Assembly (NCBI GenBank): GCA_000091165.1
Contig: FP565575.1
Span: forward strand, 660,001 to 692,000
Source: Candidatus Methylomirabilis oxygeniifera
GTDB lineage: Bacteria; Methylomirabilota; Methylomirabilia; Methylomirabilales; Methylomirabilaceae
Length of the DNA stretch: 32,000 nt
Direction of reading: 5' to 3'
The first letter of the stretch is position 1, and each line of letters starts with the position of its first letter. The position numbers and the translations under genes are program-made. This document shows positions 25,122 to 32,000 of the stretch, piece after piece. Under the pieces are notes generated by a model, which ran no database searches, was not told where the DNA came from, and worked only from the letters and a program-made list of their open reading frames with translations.

Positions 25122-25412
25122 TTACTCCTCCAGGATTCTCGGGACCCGGAAGAAGAGGTCGTGGCGATCCGGCGCATTGGCCAGGACCGCCTCCTGGGCA
25201 AGCGAAGGCGTGACCTCATCCTCGCGGAAGACGTTCGTCATCGGCAGGACATGGGAGGTCGGCTCGACGGCCGACGTGTCCAGCTCATTCAGCTTGTCGA
25301 TATAGCTCAGGATCGAGTCGAGCTGGGCCCGCATCCGCTCCTTCTCATCCGCGGTCAGCTCCAGCCGGGCCAGCCGGGCCACATGTTCGACCTCTTCCAC
25401 CGTAATCTTCAT
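25122..25412 (-). CDS. gatC: Glu-tRNA(Gln) amidotransferase subunit C
   Basis: Internal ATG 25412 gives [46 protein letters not shown] (96 aa). Confidence 0.9.
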   Translation of the reverse strand: MKITVEEVEHVARLARLELTADEKERMRAQLDSILSYIDKLNELDTSAVEPTSHVLPMTNVFREDEVTPSLAQEAVLANAPDRHDLFFRVPRILEE

Positions 25413-25431
25413 GACGTGCGACTCCTCCCCC

Positions 25432-27630
25432 CTAGGCCTGCTCCAACTGGGCATACTTGACCATGAGCTTCTTTTCACCGGCGCCGTTGAACCGTACGAC
25501 CACCTTCAGATCGTCTCCGCTGCCGCTCCGTTCCCGAATGACCCCGACGCCGAAGTCGGGATGCCGGATGCGAGCGCCTGGATAGAGGCGATCGACGAAC
25601 GGCTCATCATTGTGGCGTTCAGGAAAGGTAGAGGGTGATGGGCTCATGGATCGGGATTCCCACGGATCGCGGACCTGCAGGACTTCGGCCGGAATTTCAT
25701 CCAGGAACCGTGACGGCAGATTGAAACTCCGATTGCCGTACAGGCGACGCTGCCTCGCCGACGCAAGATAGAGCCGTTGCCTGGCCCTGGTCATGCCGAC
25801 ATAACAGAGCCTGCGCTCCTCCTCCAACTCCCGCTCGTCGGGCATGGCAAGGGCGTGAGGGAAGATCCCTTCCTCCAGTCCGACCATGAAGACGGTGTCA
25901 AACTCCAGGCCCTTGGCTGTGTGCAGCGTCATGAGCGTCACCGCGCCCCGGCCTTCGGCGTATCCGTCGAGGTCACTGATCAGCGCGACGGAGTCAAGGA
26001 ACGCCGGCAACCCCCCGTCGGCATTGCGTTCCGCAAATTCCTGGGCAGCAGTCACAAGTTCCTTCAGGTTTTCCAGGCGGCTCTCGGCCTCCGGCGTTCG
26101 CTCGTGTTCCAACTCCTCAGCATACCCGGACTGGGTGATCAACTCTGCGATCAGATCAGAAATCGGGGTGAGGACCGATTGTGCTCGTGCCTCCTCCATG
26201 AGGCGCAGCAATCCCTCCATGGCCGCCTGTTGCTTGGTATTGAACAGCTTCTTGTGCGCAGCGCGTTGGCACGCCTCCCAGATTGTTACCTTCTCTTGCA
26301 TGGCCAACAGTTCGAGCTTAGCGATCGTGGCCGGTCCGATCCCGCGCGCCGGCGCATTCACAAGGCGCTTGAAGCTGACGCTGTCGGCGGGATTGACCAC
26401 CCAGCGCAAATAGGCCAGGAGATCCTTGATCTCCTTCCGCTCATAGAAGCGGAGTCCGCCCACAATGGCATACGGGATCAAGGCATTCCGCAGCGCCTCC
26501 TCCAGGACCCTGGACTGCGCATTCGTCCGATAGAAGATTGCATAGGCGTCATACCCCGTCCCCTCATCGGCTACCCGACCTTGGATCGTCCGGGCGACAA
26601 AGAGCGCCTCATCGTTTTCGTCGAGCGCTCGGTAGAGTACGATCGGATCTCCGGCCTCGTTCTCGGTCCATAACGTTTTCCCCTTCCGACCGTAGTTGTG
26701 AGCCACCACCCCGCCGGCGCCCTGGAGGATCTGCTGAGTCGATCGATAGTTCTGTTCCAGTCGGATTACCGCGCAGCTGGCATGGTCCCGTTCGAAGTCC
26801 AGGATATTGTTCAGGTCGGCGCCGCGCCATCGATAGATCGACTGGTCGTCGTCGCCCACCACGCAGAGATTTCCGTATTGGCTCGCCAGCAGATGGATCA
26901 GGCGGTACTGGGCGTGGTTCGTATCCTGGTATTCGTCCACCAGGATATAGCGCCAAAGATCCTGGTACGCTGCCAGCGCCTCGGGATGTTGCTCGAAGAG
27001 ACGCACCGTCAACATGAGTAGATCGTCAAAGTCGAGCGCCTGAAGGCCATCCAGCCGCTCCTGATACATGAGGTACAGCTTGGAGGTCCGTTCCTCCATC
27101 CGGTCATTGGCCTGCAGCGCATACTCCTCGGCGGAGAGCAGCTCGTTCTTCGCGCGGCTGATGCGGGAAAGGATTGCGCGAGGGTTCAGGGAGCGTTCGG
27201 ACAGACCCTGCGCTCGCAAGCAGTCCCGCATGAGGCTCATCTGATCGCCCTCATCGTAAATGACGAAGGAACTCTTGATGCCCAGCGCCGCGCCATGCTT
27301 CCGTAGAATTCGAACACAGGTAGAATGAAACGTCCCGACCCAGACGCCGCTGCCGTCCCTGAGACCGGGCTCAGAGGCGTGTTGTCCCACCAGATCCGCG
27401 ACTCGCCGTTTCATTTCACCGGCTGCTTTATTGGTAAACGTGACCGCCAGGATGTTCCAGGGTGCGACCCCGCAGTGACCGATCAGATAGGCGATCCGTC
27501 TGGTGATCACCCGGGTCTTTCCCGACCCGGCGCCCGCCAGCACCAGAAGCGGCCCTTGAGTGTGCAGGACCGCCTCCGCCTGTCGCGGGTTCAGATCGGC
27601 AGTTATAGCGTCAGATCTCACGTCGCGCAT
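25432..27630 (-). CDS. pcrA: ATP-dependent DNA helicase, UvrD/PcrA family
   Basis: 732 aa. LNPRQAEAV, AGAGSGKTRVIT (Walker A), ILVDEYQDTN, VGDDDQSIYRWRGA, TLHTAKGLEF and CYVGMTRA. GGAGGA lies upstream of the ATG. Confidence 0.92.
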   Translation of the reverse strand: MRDVRSDAITADLNPRQAEAVLHTQGPLLVLAGAGSGKTRVITRRIAYLIGHCGVAPWNILAVTFTNKAAGEMKRRVADLVGQHASEPGLRDGSGVWVGTFHSTCVRILRKHGAALGIKSSFVIYDEGDQMSLMRDCLRAQGLSERSLNPRAILSRISRAKNELLSAEEYALQANDRMEERTSKLYLMYQERLDGLQALDFDDLLMLTVRLFEQHPEALAAYQDLWRYILVDEYQDTNHAQYRLIHLLASQYGNLCVVGDDDQSIYRWRGADLNNILDFERDHASCAVIRLEQNYRSTQQILQGAGGVVAHNYGRKGKTLWTENEAGDPIVLYRALDENDEALFVARTIQGRVADEGTGYDAYAIFYRTNAQSRVLEEALRNALIPYAIVGGLRFYERKEIKDLLAYLRWVVNPADSVSFKRLVNAPARGIGPATIAKLELLAMQEKVTIWEACQRAAHKKLFNTKQQAAMEGLLRLMEEARAQSVLTPISDLIAELITQSGYAEELEHERTPEAESRLENLKELVTAAQEFAERNADGGLPAFLDSVALISDLDGYAEGRGAVTLMTLHTAKGLEFDTVFMVGLEEGIFPHALAMPDERELEEERRLCYVGMTRARQRLYLASARQRRLYGNRSFNLPSRFLDEIPAEVLQVRDPWESRSMSPSPSTFPERHNDEPFVDRLYPGARIRHPDFGVGVIRERSGSGDDLKVVVRFNGAGEKKLMVKYAQLEQA

Positions 27631-27943
27631 TCCTCCATCTGTTGGCCGATATACCTCAGCAATCTCGCCCTCATCATAGGCGAACCCGCCCCGTGCGACA
27701 AGCGAATTTCTCGCGTGCGGGCTTGTCTGTCATCACGTTCCGAGGAAGAAGAGATCGGTCTGATCCAAGACGTCATGCGCTCGAAGCAGCCGACGGGCGC
27801 CATACCATTTGCCGGCTAATAGGGTGTCATCGAAAATCTTGACAAGCCATTGGAAAGGCCGGAGAATCGCCGCAACCGTGAAAGCCTATTGCGAGCACCG
27901 GAAGGGTGCGCGGCAATCTCTCTTCTTGGGTGGAATCAGGATC

Positions 27944-27990
27944 TTGACCTCGCCTTGCAGATGATGCTAGTATTGCATCACAATGATGCA
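27944..27990 (+). promoter_or_regulatory. Promoter and operator of the second vapBC operon
   Basis: TTGACC (27944-27949), 18 nt spacer, TAGTAT (27968-27973). The perfect palindrome TGCATCA-CAA-TGATGCA (27974-27990) abuts the -10, and a third TGATGC half-site lies at 27962-27967. AGGAGG is 6 nt before ATG 28018. Confidence 0.55.
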
Positions 27991-28017
27991 TTATCTGCAA
28001 CGTCATAGGAGGCGCGA

Positions 28018-28281
28018 ATGAAGGCCATCACATTGCGAAATCTTCCACCTGAGCTTTCCCGGATCATCCGCCGGAAGGCCGATGAGCAGCATGCGAGCAT
28101 CAACAGGGTTGTCATCAGTTTGTTGGAGAAAAGTGCGGGCGTCAGAACTAAGAAGAGCGAAAAAGTCCTCTACCACGATTTGGATGTGCTGGCCGGATCG
28201 TGGACGCGCGAAGAGGCTGCTGCCTTCGATAAGACCTTGACCAAGCAGCGTGCCCTTGATCCGGATCTGTGGCGGCGATGA
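28018..28281 (+). CDS. vapB: Ribbon-helix-helix (VapB/FitA-like) antitoxin
   Basis: 87 aa. MKAITLRNLPPELSRIIRRKADEQHASINRVVISLLEK is typical of RHH antitoxins. The stop overlaps the toxin ATG (ATGA, 28278-28281). Confidence 0.7.
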   Translation: MKAITLRNLPPELSRIIRRKADEQHASINRVVISLLEKSAGVRTKKSEKVLYHDLDVLAGSWTREEAAAFDKTLTKQRALDPDLWRR

Positions 28282-28679
28282 TGCGGGTGATGCTGGACAC
28301 CTCGGCCTACTCGGCGTTCATGCGAGGTCATCCGGAACTCGCGCATGCTCTCCAGCAAGCCGACGAGATCTATCTCAATGCCGTCATTGTAGGCGAACTG
28401 CTCGCGGGGTTTATGCGTGGAAAGTACAGGAAAAAGAATCAATTAGAGCTACAGCAGTTCCTGGCATCACCGCGGGTGAGTATCGTAGATATCAATGAGG
28501 AGACCGCCGAAAGGTACGCGGTGATCCTCGATGCGCTCTGGAAGGCAGGTACTCCCATACCCACGAACGACATCTGGATCGCGGCGAGCGCCATGCAGCA
28601 CGGGTGTCGTCTTCTTAGTGCGGATGCGCATTATCAAAAGGTCGGTCAAATTATCGTGGGACATTTTGAGGCGTCCTGA
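28278..28679 (+). CDS. vapC: PIN-domain toxin (VapC family)
   Basis: MMRVMLDTSAYSAFMRG..., VIVGELLAGF and IPTNDIWIAASAMQHGCRLLSADAHY. The track ORF starts at GTG 28269, but ATG 28278 gives the classic 4-nt overlap. Confidence 0.85.
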   Translation: MMRVMLDTSAYSAFMRGHPELAHALQQADEIYLNAVIVGELLAGFMRGKYRKKNQLELQQFLASPRVSIVDINEETAERYAVILDALWKAGTPIPTNDIWIAASAMQHGCRLLSADAHYQKVGQIIVGHFEAS

Positions 28680-28782
28680 TGCCAGACCATGTCGAGGATA
28701 TGGCATGATGATGACGGCCTCGCGCGAATCGACGTCATGCTGATCTTTGAAGAGAACCCATCCTGCAAACTCCTTGTTGTGC

Positions 28783-28857
28783 TTCGACGGGCTCAGTACG
28801 AACGGAAAACACGTCAATGTGTTCAATGCGCATACCGTTCGCCCTGAGCGTGTCGAA
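28783..28857. repeat. GC-rich hairpin repeat (23-nt arms, 19 of 23 paired, 29-nt loop)
   Basis: TTCGACGGGCTCAGTACGAACGG ... CCGTTCGCCCTGAGCGTGTCGAA. Its translations read PPFDTLRANG..SVRTEPVEA and TVRPERVEGW, the spurious peptides I associate with a widespread small repeat family (memory only). Confidence 0.6.
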
Positions 28858-28912
28858 GGGTGGTGGGAGGTTCACAGGACAGGCGCCTTAGTGGCTACGA
28901 AGGAAAGCGTCA

Positions 28913-29551
28913 GTGAATCCTGAATCGCTGCACTCCGAGCCGAAGCGTCGGCGCCAGATAATGGTGGCCTGTATTGCCGTGGTCGTTTCTCTCATTGTCG
29001 CAGTGGCGGCACTCGCGAACGCGCAGGCGGTCAGGAATCATCTGTGCTATGAGCACCGCATGAACATGTTTTGCACGATCGCCCAGATCGGCGAATCCGA
29101 CATGCGGGTATTCGCATGGTATCCTGAGGCGAGGCCATCCGGCCCGCCTCGTTCCAACCCAACCTCTCACCGGAACGGGGTGGCGCCTCCTAGAATTCTG
29201 TCCGAAATTCCTCCGTACGAAAAACGCTCATATGGCACCAGCTTCCCGAGCGGGACACGACAGTGGCTGTATTGGCAAGCGCGACTCACGGCTCGCGCCG
29301 CTCCCGGCAGCGTAATCAAGTTCCTGGCCCATTGGACGACGTATGGTGCGGGTGGTCGTTCCGTTGCGGGTGGTGTGGTAGAGGCTGCCTGGGGTGCCGA
29401 GGACCCGACGGTCATGATTATCGGCCCTGCCGACGACGATCCGATTCGTACCGTTGGCCAATTCCCCCCTGGCCACTATGAGATTGTTCTGAAGGTCTAC
29501 GGCAATCAACTGGCTGAATCGGAAGTTCGCGGCGGATTCGATGTTCATTGA
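28913..29551 (+). CDS. Hypothetical membrane-anchored or secreted protein
   Basis: 212 aa. GTG start with AAGGAA upstream. The alternative ATG 28961 gives MVACIAVVVSLIVAVAALANAQA (signal-like). No recognised domain. Confidence 0.45.
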   Translation: MNPESLHSEPKRRRQIMVACIAVVVSLIVAVAALANAQAVRNHLCYEHRMNMFCTIAQIGESDMRVFAWYPEARPSGPPRSNPTSHRNGVAPPRILSEIPPYEKRSYGTSFPSGTRQWLYWQARLTARAAPGSVIKFLAHWTTYGAGGRSVAGGVVEAAWGAEDPTVMIIGPADDDPIRTVGQFPPGHYEIVLKVYGNQLAESEVRGGFDVH

Positions 29552-29598
29552 GGCGTACCCAACTGAACATCCGAAAAATACGCACAGATAGGAAATTC

Positions 29599-29627
29599 TT
29601 GACATTCTGTAGAGGCGGACCTATAGT
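29599..29627 (+). promoter_or_regulatory. Near-consensus sigma70 promoter upstream of mtrA
   Basis: TTGACA (29599-29604), 17 nt spacer, TATAGT (29622-29627), about 64 nt upstream of ATG 29691. Confidence 0.5.
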
Positions 29628-29690
29628 CCATGCGCTACTCGAATTCAGAGTTGCGTTTCCAGTCGTACCCCATATCCCGAAGGTTTAAAG

Positions 29691-30692
29691 ATGAAGAAAC
29701 GTAACGCTGTCATCGCCCTGTTACCGTTATTGGCTGTTGCGCTCTTCTTCGGATGGGCCTGCAGTCGATTCAGCCCACCACCCTCCGGCCCTGAAACTCT
29801 TCATGCCCAAGAGACATCTGCTGCACGCGCGGTTGCGCCTCGGCCTCAGTGGACCGGTCCCCCACCGGGCGCCAAATACGTGGGGAGCGATTCCTGTCTG
29901 ACGTGTCATGAGGAGTCGACGCAGCGCTTCCATAAGACCATGATGGGGCGGATCATGTCCGTAAACCCGCGCACTCCCCAAGAGCAGCGAAACTGCGAGT
30001 CATGTCATGGTCCGGGAGGTCCGCACACCGATACGGAGGGCGGCGCCATCGGGACGTTGATGACCTTCAAGAAAGGCGCAGAGCCGGTCGAAGCGCAGAA
30101 TGCCACGTGTGTGAACGGCTGCCACGAAAAGGGCGAGCACACCTTCTGGAGGGGAAGCACCCACGAATCACGGGGGGTGGCGTGCGTATCATGTCACAAG
30201 GTGATGGGGTCGGTGTCCGACCGATACAATCTGACGAAGCCGACCGCGATCGAGGTCTGCTCGCAGTGCCACCAGACCCGACGAGCCCAGCTCCAACGCA
30301 GCTCCCACATGCCGCTGCGCGAGGGAAAGATCAGTTGCAGCGACTGCCACAACCCTCACGGGACTGCGACACAGGCTATGCTTCGCGAAGACTCCGTCAA
30401 TGAGAACTGCTACACGTGTCATGCCGAGAAACGGGGACCGTTTCTGTGGGAGCATGCGCCCGTCATTGAGAGCTGTACGAACTGCCATGAGCCGCACGGC
30501 TCCACCAATGCAAGGCTCCTGAAGGTCAGGATTCCGCGCCTCTGTCAGCAGTGTCACGTCGAGACCCGACACCCGACCAATCCATACGATCCGACAACCG
30601 GATCGAGGTTTGTCGTCAACCGAGGTTGTACCAACTGCCACCAGAAGATCCATGGATCTAACCATCCCTCAGGGTTCGCCTTCACGAACTGA
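29691..30692 (+). CDS. mtrA: Periplasmic decaheme c-type cytochrome, MtrA/DmsE/PioA family
   Basis: 333 aa. Nine CXXCH motifs plus one CX3CH (C140VNGCH). Long colinear matches to Shewanella MtrA as remembered: CSDCHNPHG, CYTCHAEKRGPFLWEHAPV, CHEPHGS, LCQQCH and CTNCHQKIHGSNHPSG. N-terminal signal peptide. Confidence 0.9.
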   Translation: MKKRNAVIALLPLLAVALFFGWACSRFSPPPSGPETLHAQETSAARAVAPRPQWTGPPPGAKYVGSDSCLTCHEESTQRFHKTMMGRIMSVNPRTPQEQRNCESCHGPGGPHTDTEGGAIGTLMTFKKGAEPVEAQNATCVNGCHEKGEHTFWRGSTHESRGVACVSCHKVMGSVSDRYNLTKPTAIEVCSQCHQTRRAQLQRSSHMPLREGKISCSDCHNPHGTATQAMLREDSVNENCYTCHAEKRGPFLWEHAPVIESCTNCHEPHGSTNARLLKVRIPRLCQQCHVETRHPTNPYDPTTGSRFVVNRGCTNCHQKIHGSNHPSGFAFTN

Positions 30693-30727
30693 GGTTTGCG
30701 ATCTGCAGCACACGGAGGAGGTGGGCC

Positions 30728-32000
30728 ATGGGCGCATTGCTTGGAATAAGACGATTTGGTCGCACGCTGCTGCTCGCCTTCGCCCTGCTGTCGGCGGCCG
30801 TCGCCTCAGGTTACGCCGAACAGCCCTCTCCGCAGGAGGCCATCCCTTCTTGGGTCAACTGGCTCAATACCGGGCTGCCCTTTGATTTTGAGCTGACCGG
30901 ATTGGATGTTGAGGGTGGCTATCGCGACATCGACGGCCGTCGGAGTTCGGCCAAGTTCCAGGAGTACCGTGTCCTTGAAGAGAGTCCCTTTTTGGATCAC
31001 CTTCGTCTCTCCCTGGAGACCAAAGATAAAAGGCGCTACATCGACTTCACCGCCATTGACAGCTTTAAGCAGGATCAGAGCTACCTGTTTCGACTGGGGC
31101 AGTACGGCGACTATGATCTGGAGATCTTCTGGGATCAGGTTCCGCATTTGTTGAGTACGACGGGACGGACCCTGTTCTCGACGACGCATAAAGACAGTAC
31201 CTCGTTTTTGACTCTGCCCGCTGGTGTTGCCTCAACAGTCCAGGGCGCGACCCCCGCGACAAGAGCCTCCATGTTGGCCGGTTTTCTTGCGAATGCGGCG
31301 CCGGTCGATCTGTCGTTTCTCACAAGTAAGGCAGGGTTTCGATTCAAGTACGCCTTGAGCGAGTCGCTCGGTATGGGGGTCCGTTACACCTATACGGAGA
31401 AAGACGGGACGATTCCGTTCGGCGCAGGCTTCAGCAGCCCGGGTGGCAACATCGTAGAGCTTCCCGCGCCTCTCTTTCATCGAACCCACCAGGTCGAGGT
31501 GAAAACCGAGTATGCGAAGCCAGGCTGGAATATCGGCCTAGGCTATGCCGCCTCGATCTTCGACCAGGGGATCAAGAATATCGTGTTCGACAATCCGCTC
31601 TCGGCGACCAACAGTCCGACCGCCTCGGCGAGCGGGCGAACGACCATGGACCCGAGTAACCATGCCCATAATGTATTTCTGTCTGGCGGCGTCTCTCTTC
31701 CTTTGCGCACCCGGATCACCGGCAAGTTTTCCTACGGTTGGCGGTTTCAGGACGCGACATTCGTTTCGCACACCATCAATCCGGCCCTGGCCGCCGATCC
31801 TCAGTTGGCTCTCCCCAGACGTGATCTCGACGGCGATATCAGGACGGCTCTGGTAACCGTCAACGCGACGAGCCGCCCGCTTGCCGCTCTGCCGCTGACA
31901 CTCAATGGCGGCTACCGCTTCTATGACTTCGATAACCGATCGTCTGAGATCGAGTTTGCCGCGCATACAGTCCGGGATACGTCGCTCACAGCCGAGACCC
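30728..32000 (+). CDS. mtrB: MtrB/PioB-family decaheme-associated outer-membrane beta-barrel. The first 424 codons are present; the gene continues past the window end.
   Basis: Not in the ORF track because it runs off the edge. GGAGGAGG lies upstream of ATG 30728. Hand translation gives MGALLGIRRFGRTLLLAFALLSAAVASGYAEQ (signal), then GYRDIDGRRSSAKFQEYRVLEESPFLDHLRLSLETKDKRRYIDFTAIDSFKQDQSYLFRLGQYGDYDLEIFWDQVPH, with alternating beta-strand patterns typical of MtrB/PioB. No listed + ORF shares this frame. Confidence 0.85.
   Translation, partial: MGALLGIRRFGRTLLLAFALLSAAVASGYAEQPSPQEAIPSWVNWLNTGLPFDFELTGLDVEGGYRDIDGRRSSAKFQEYRVLEESPFLDHLRLSLETKDKRRYIDFTAIDSFKQDQSYLFRLGQYGDYDLEIFWDQVPHLLSTTGRTLFSTTHKDSTSFLTLPAGVASTVQGATPATRASMLAGFLANAAPVDLSFLTSKAGFRFKYALSESLGMGVRYTYTEKDGTIPFGAGFSSPGGNIVELPAPLFHRTHQVEVKTEYAKPGWNIGLGYAASIFDQGIKNIVFDNPLSATNSPTASASGRTTMDPSNHAHNVFLSGGVSLPLRTRITGKFSYGWRFQDATFVSHTINPALAADPQLALPRRDLDGDIRTALVTVNATSRPLAALPLTLNGGYRFYDFDNRSSEIEFAAHTVRDTSLTAET

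Noticed and set aside
23426-27819. Plus-strand ORFs antisense to gatA, gatC and pcrA (23426-24118, 24849-25460, 25777-26673, 26538-27017, 27325-27819 and others)
   Set aside because: They lie opposite unambiguous housekeeping genes and have skewed composition.
27888-27917. Small hairpin ATTGCGAGCACC-GGAAG-GGTGCGCGGCAAT between the pcrA and vapB promoters
   Set aside because: It is short, with a mismatch and a bulge. It resembles common GC-rich intergenic hairpins but there is too little signal for a call.
1-32000. Searched for tRNA/rRNA genes, CRISPR arrays, riboswitch-like leaders and intact phage or integrase genes
   Set aside because: I found no T-loop/cloverleaf candidates, no regularly spaced direct repeats and no recognisable integrase. 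A by-eye scan cannot exclude small ncRNAs.

Overview
GC-rich (about 60% by eye) chromosomal window from a diderm, N-oxide-respiring bacterium. The gene content resembles NC10/Nitrospirota-type genomes, but that is inference only.

Layout:
- 1-4.8 kb: the first 1184 codons of a cytoplasmic-type narG/nxrA on the minus strand. It is absent from the ORF track because it runs off the window. It is translationally coupled to an upstream membrane-anchored tri-heme cytochrome c.
- 5.0-13.1 kb: an accessory region full of decayed defence and mobile genes. These are an sbcC 3' remnant, an mrr N-terminal stub, an IS1634-like element with perfect 14-bp terminal inverted repeats but a broken transposase, and a DUF4143 ATPase pseudogene. 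Around them sit an intact phd/vapC pair, two secreted or lipoprotein unknowns, and several hairpin repeats.
- 13.2-16.9 kb: a lower-GC four-gene module. It holds a CuA subunit II, a heme-copper oxidase subunit I with Asn in place of the cross-link Tyr, an unknown single-TM protein and a SCO1/SenC chaperone. I read it as an NO-reductase-type (sNOR/bNOR-like) module and rank it the most interesting system here.
- 17.3-27.6 kb: one unbroken minus-strand array, transcribed in the order pcrA, gatC, gatA, secreted hypothetical, GGCT-like, gatB, asmA, GT4 glycosyltransferase, lysR. The asmA gene carries an in-frame palindromic repeat insertion.
- 27.9-28.7 kb: a second vapBC pair with a clear promoter and operator.
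- 29.6-32.0 kb: a strong promoter, an MtrA/DmsE-type decaheme cytochrome (one CX3CH motif) and an MtrB/PioB-type outer-membrane barrel. The barrel runs off the window and is also absent from the ORF track.

No rRNA, tRNA or CRISPR array was recognised.

Limits: all family calls come from motif recognition and memory, with no database search. Hand-indexed coordinates for promoters, hairpins and repeats may be off by 1-2 nt.
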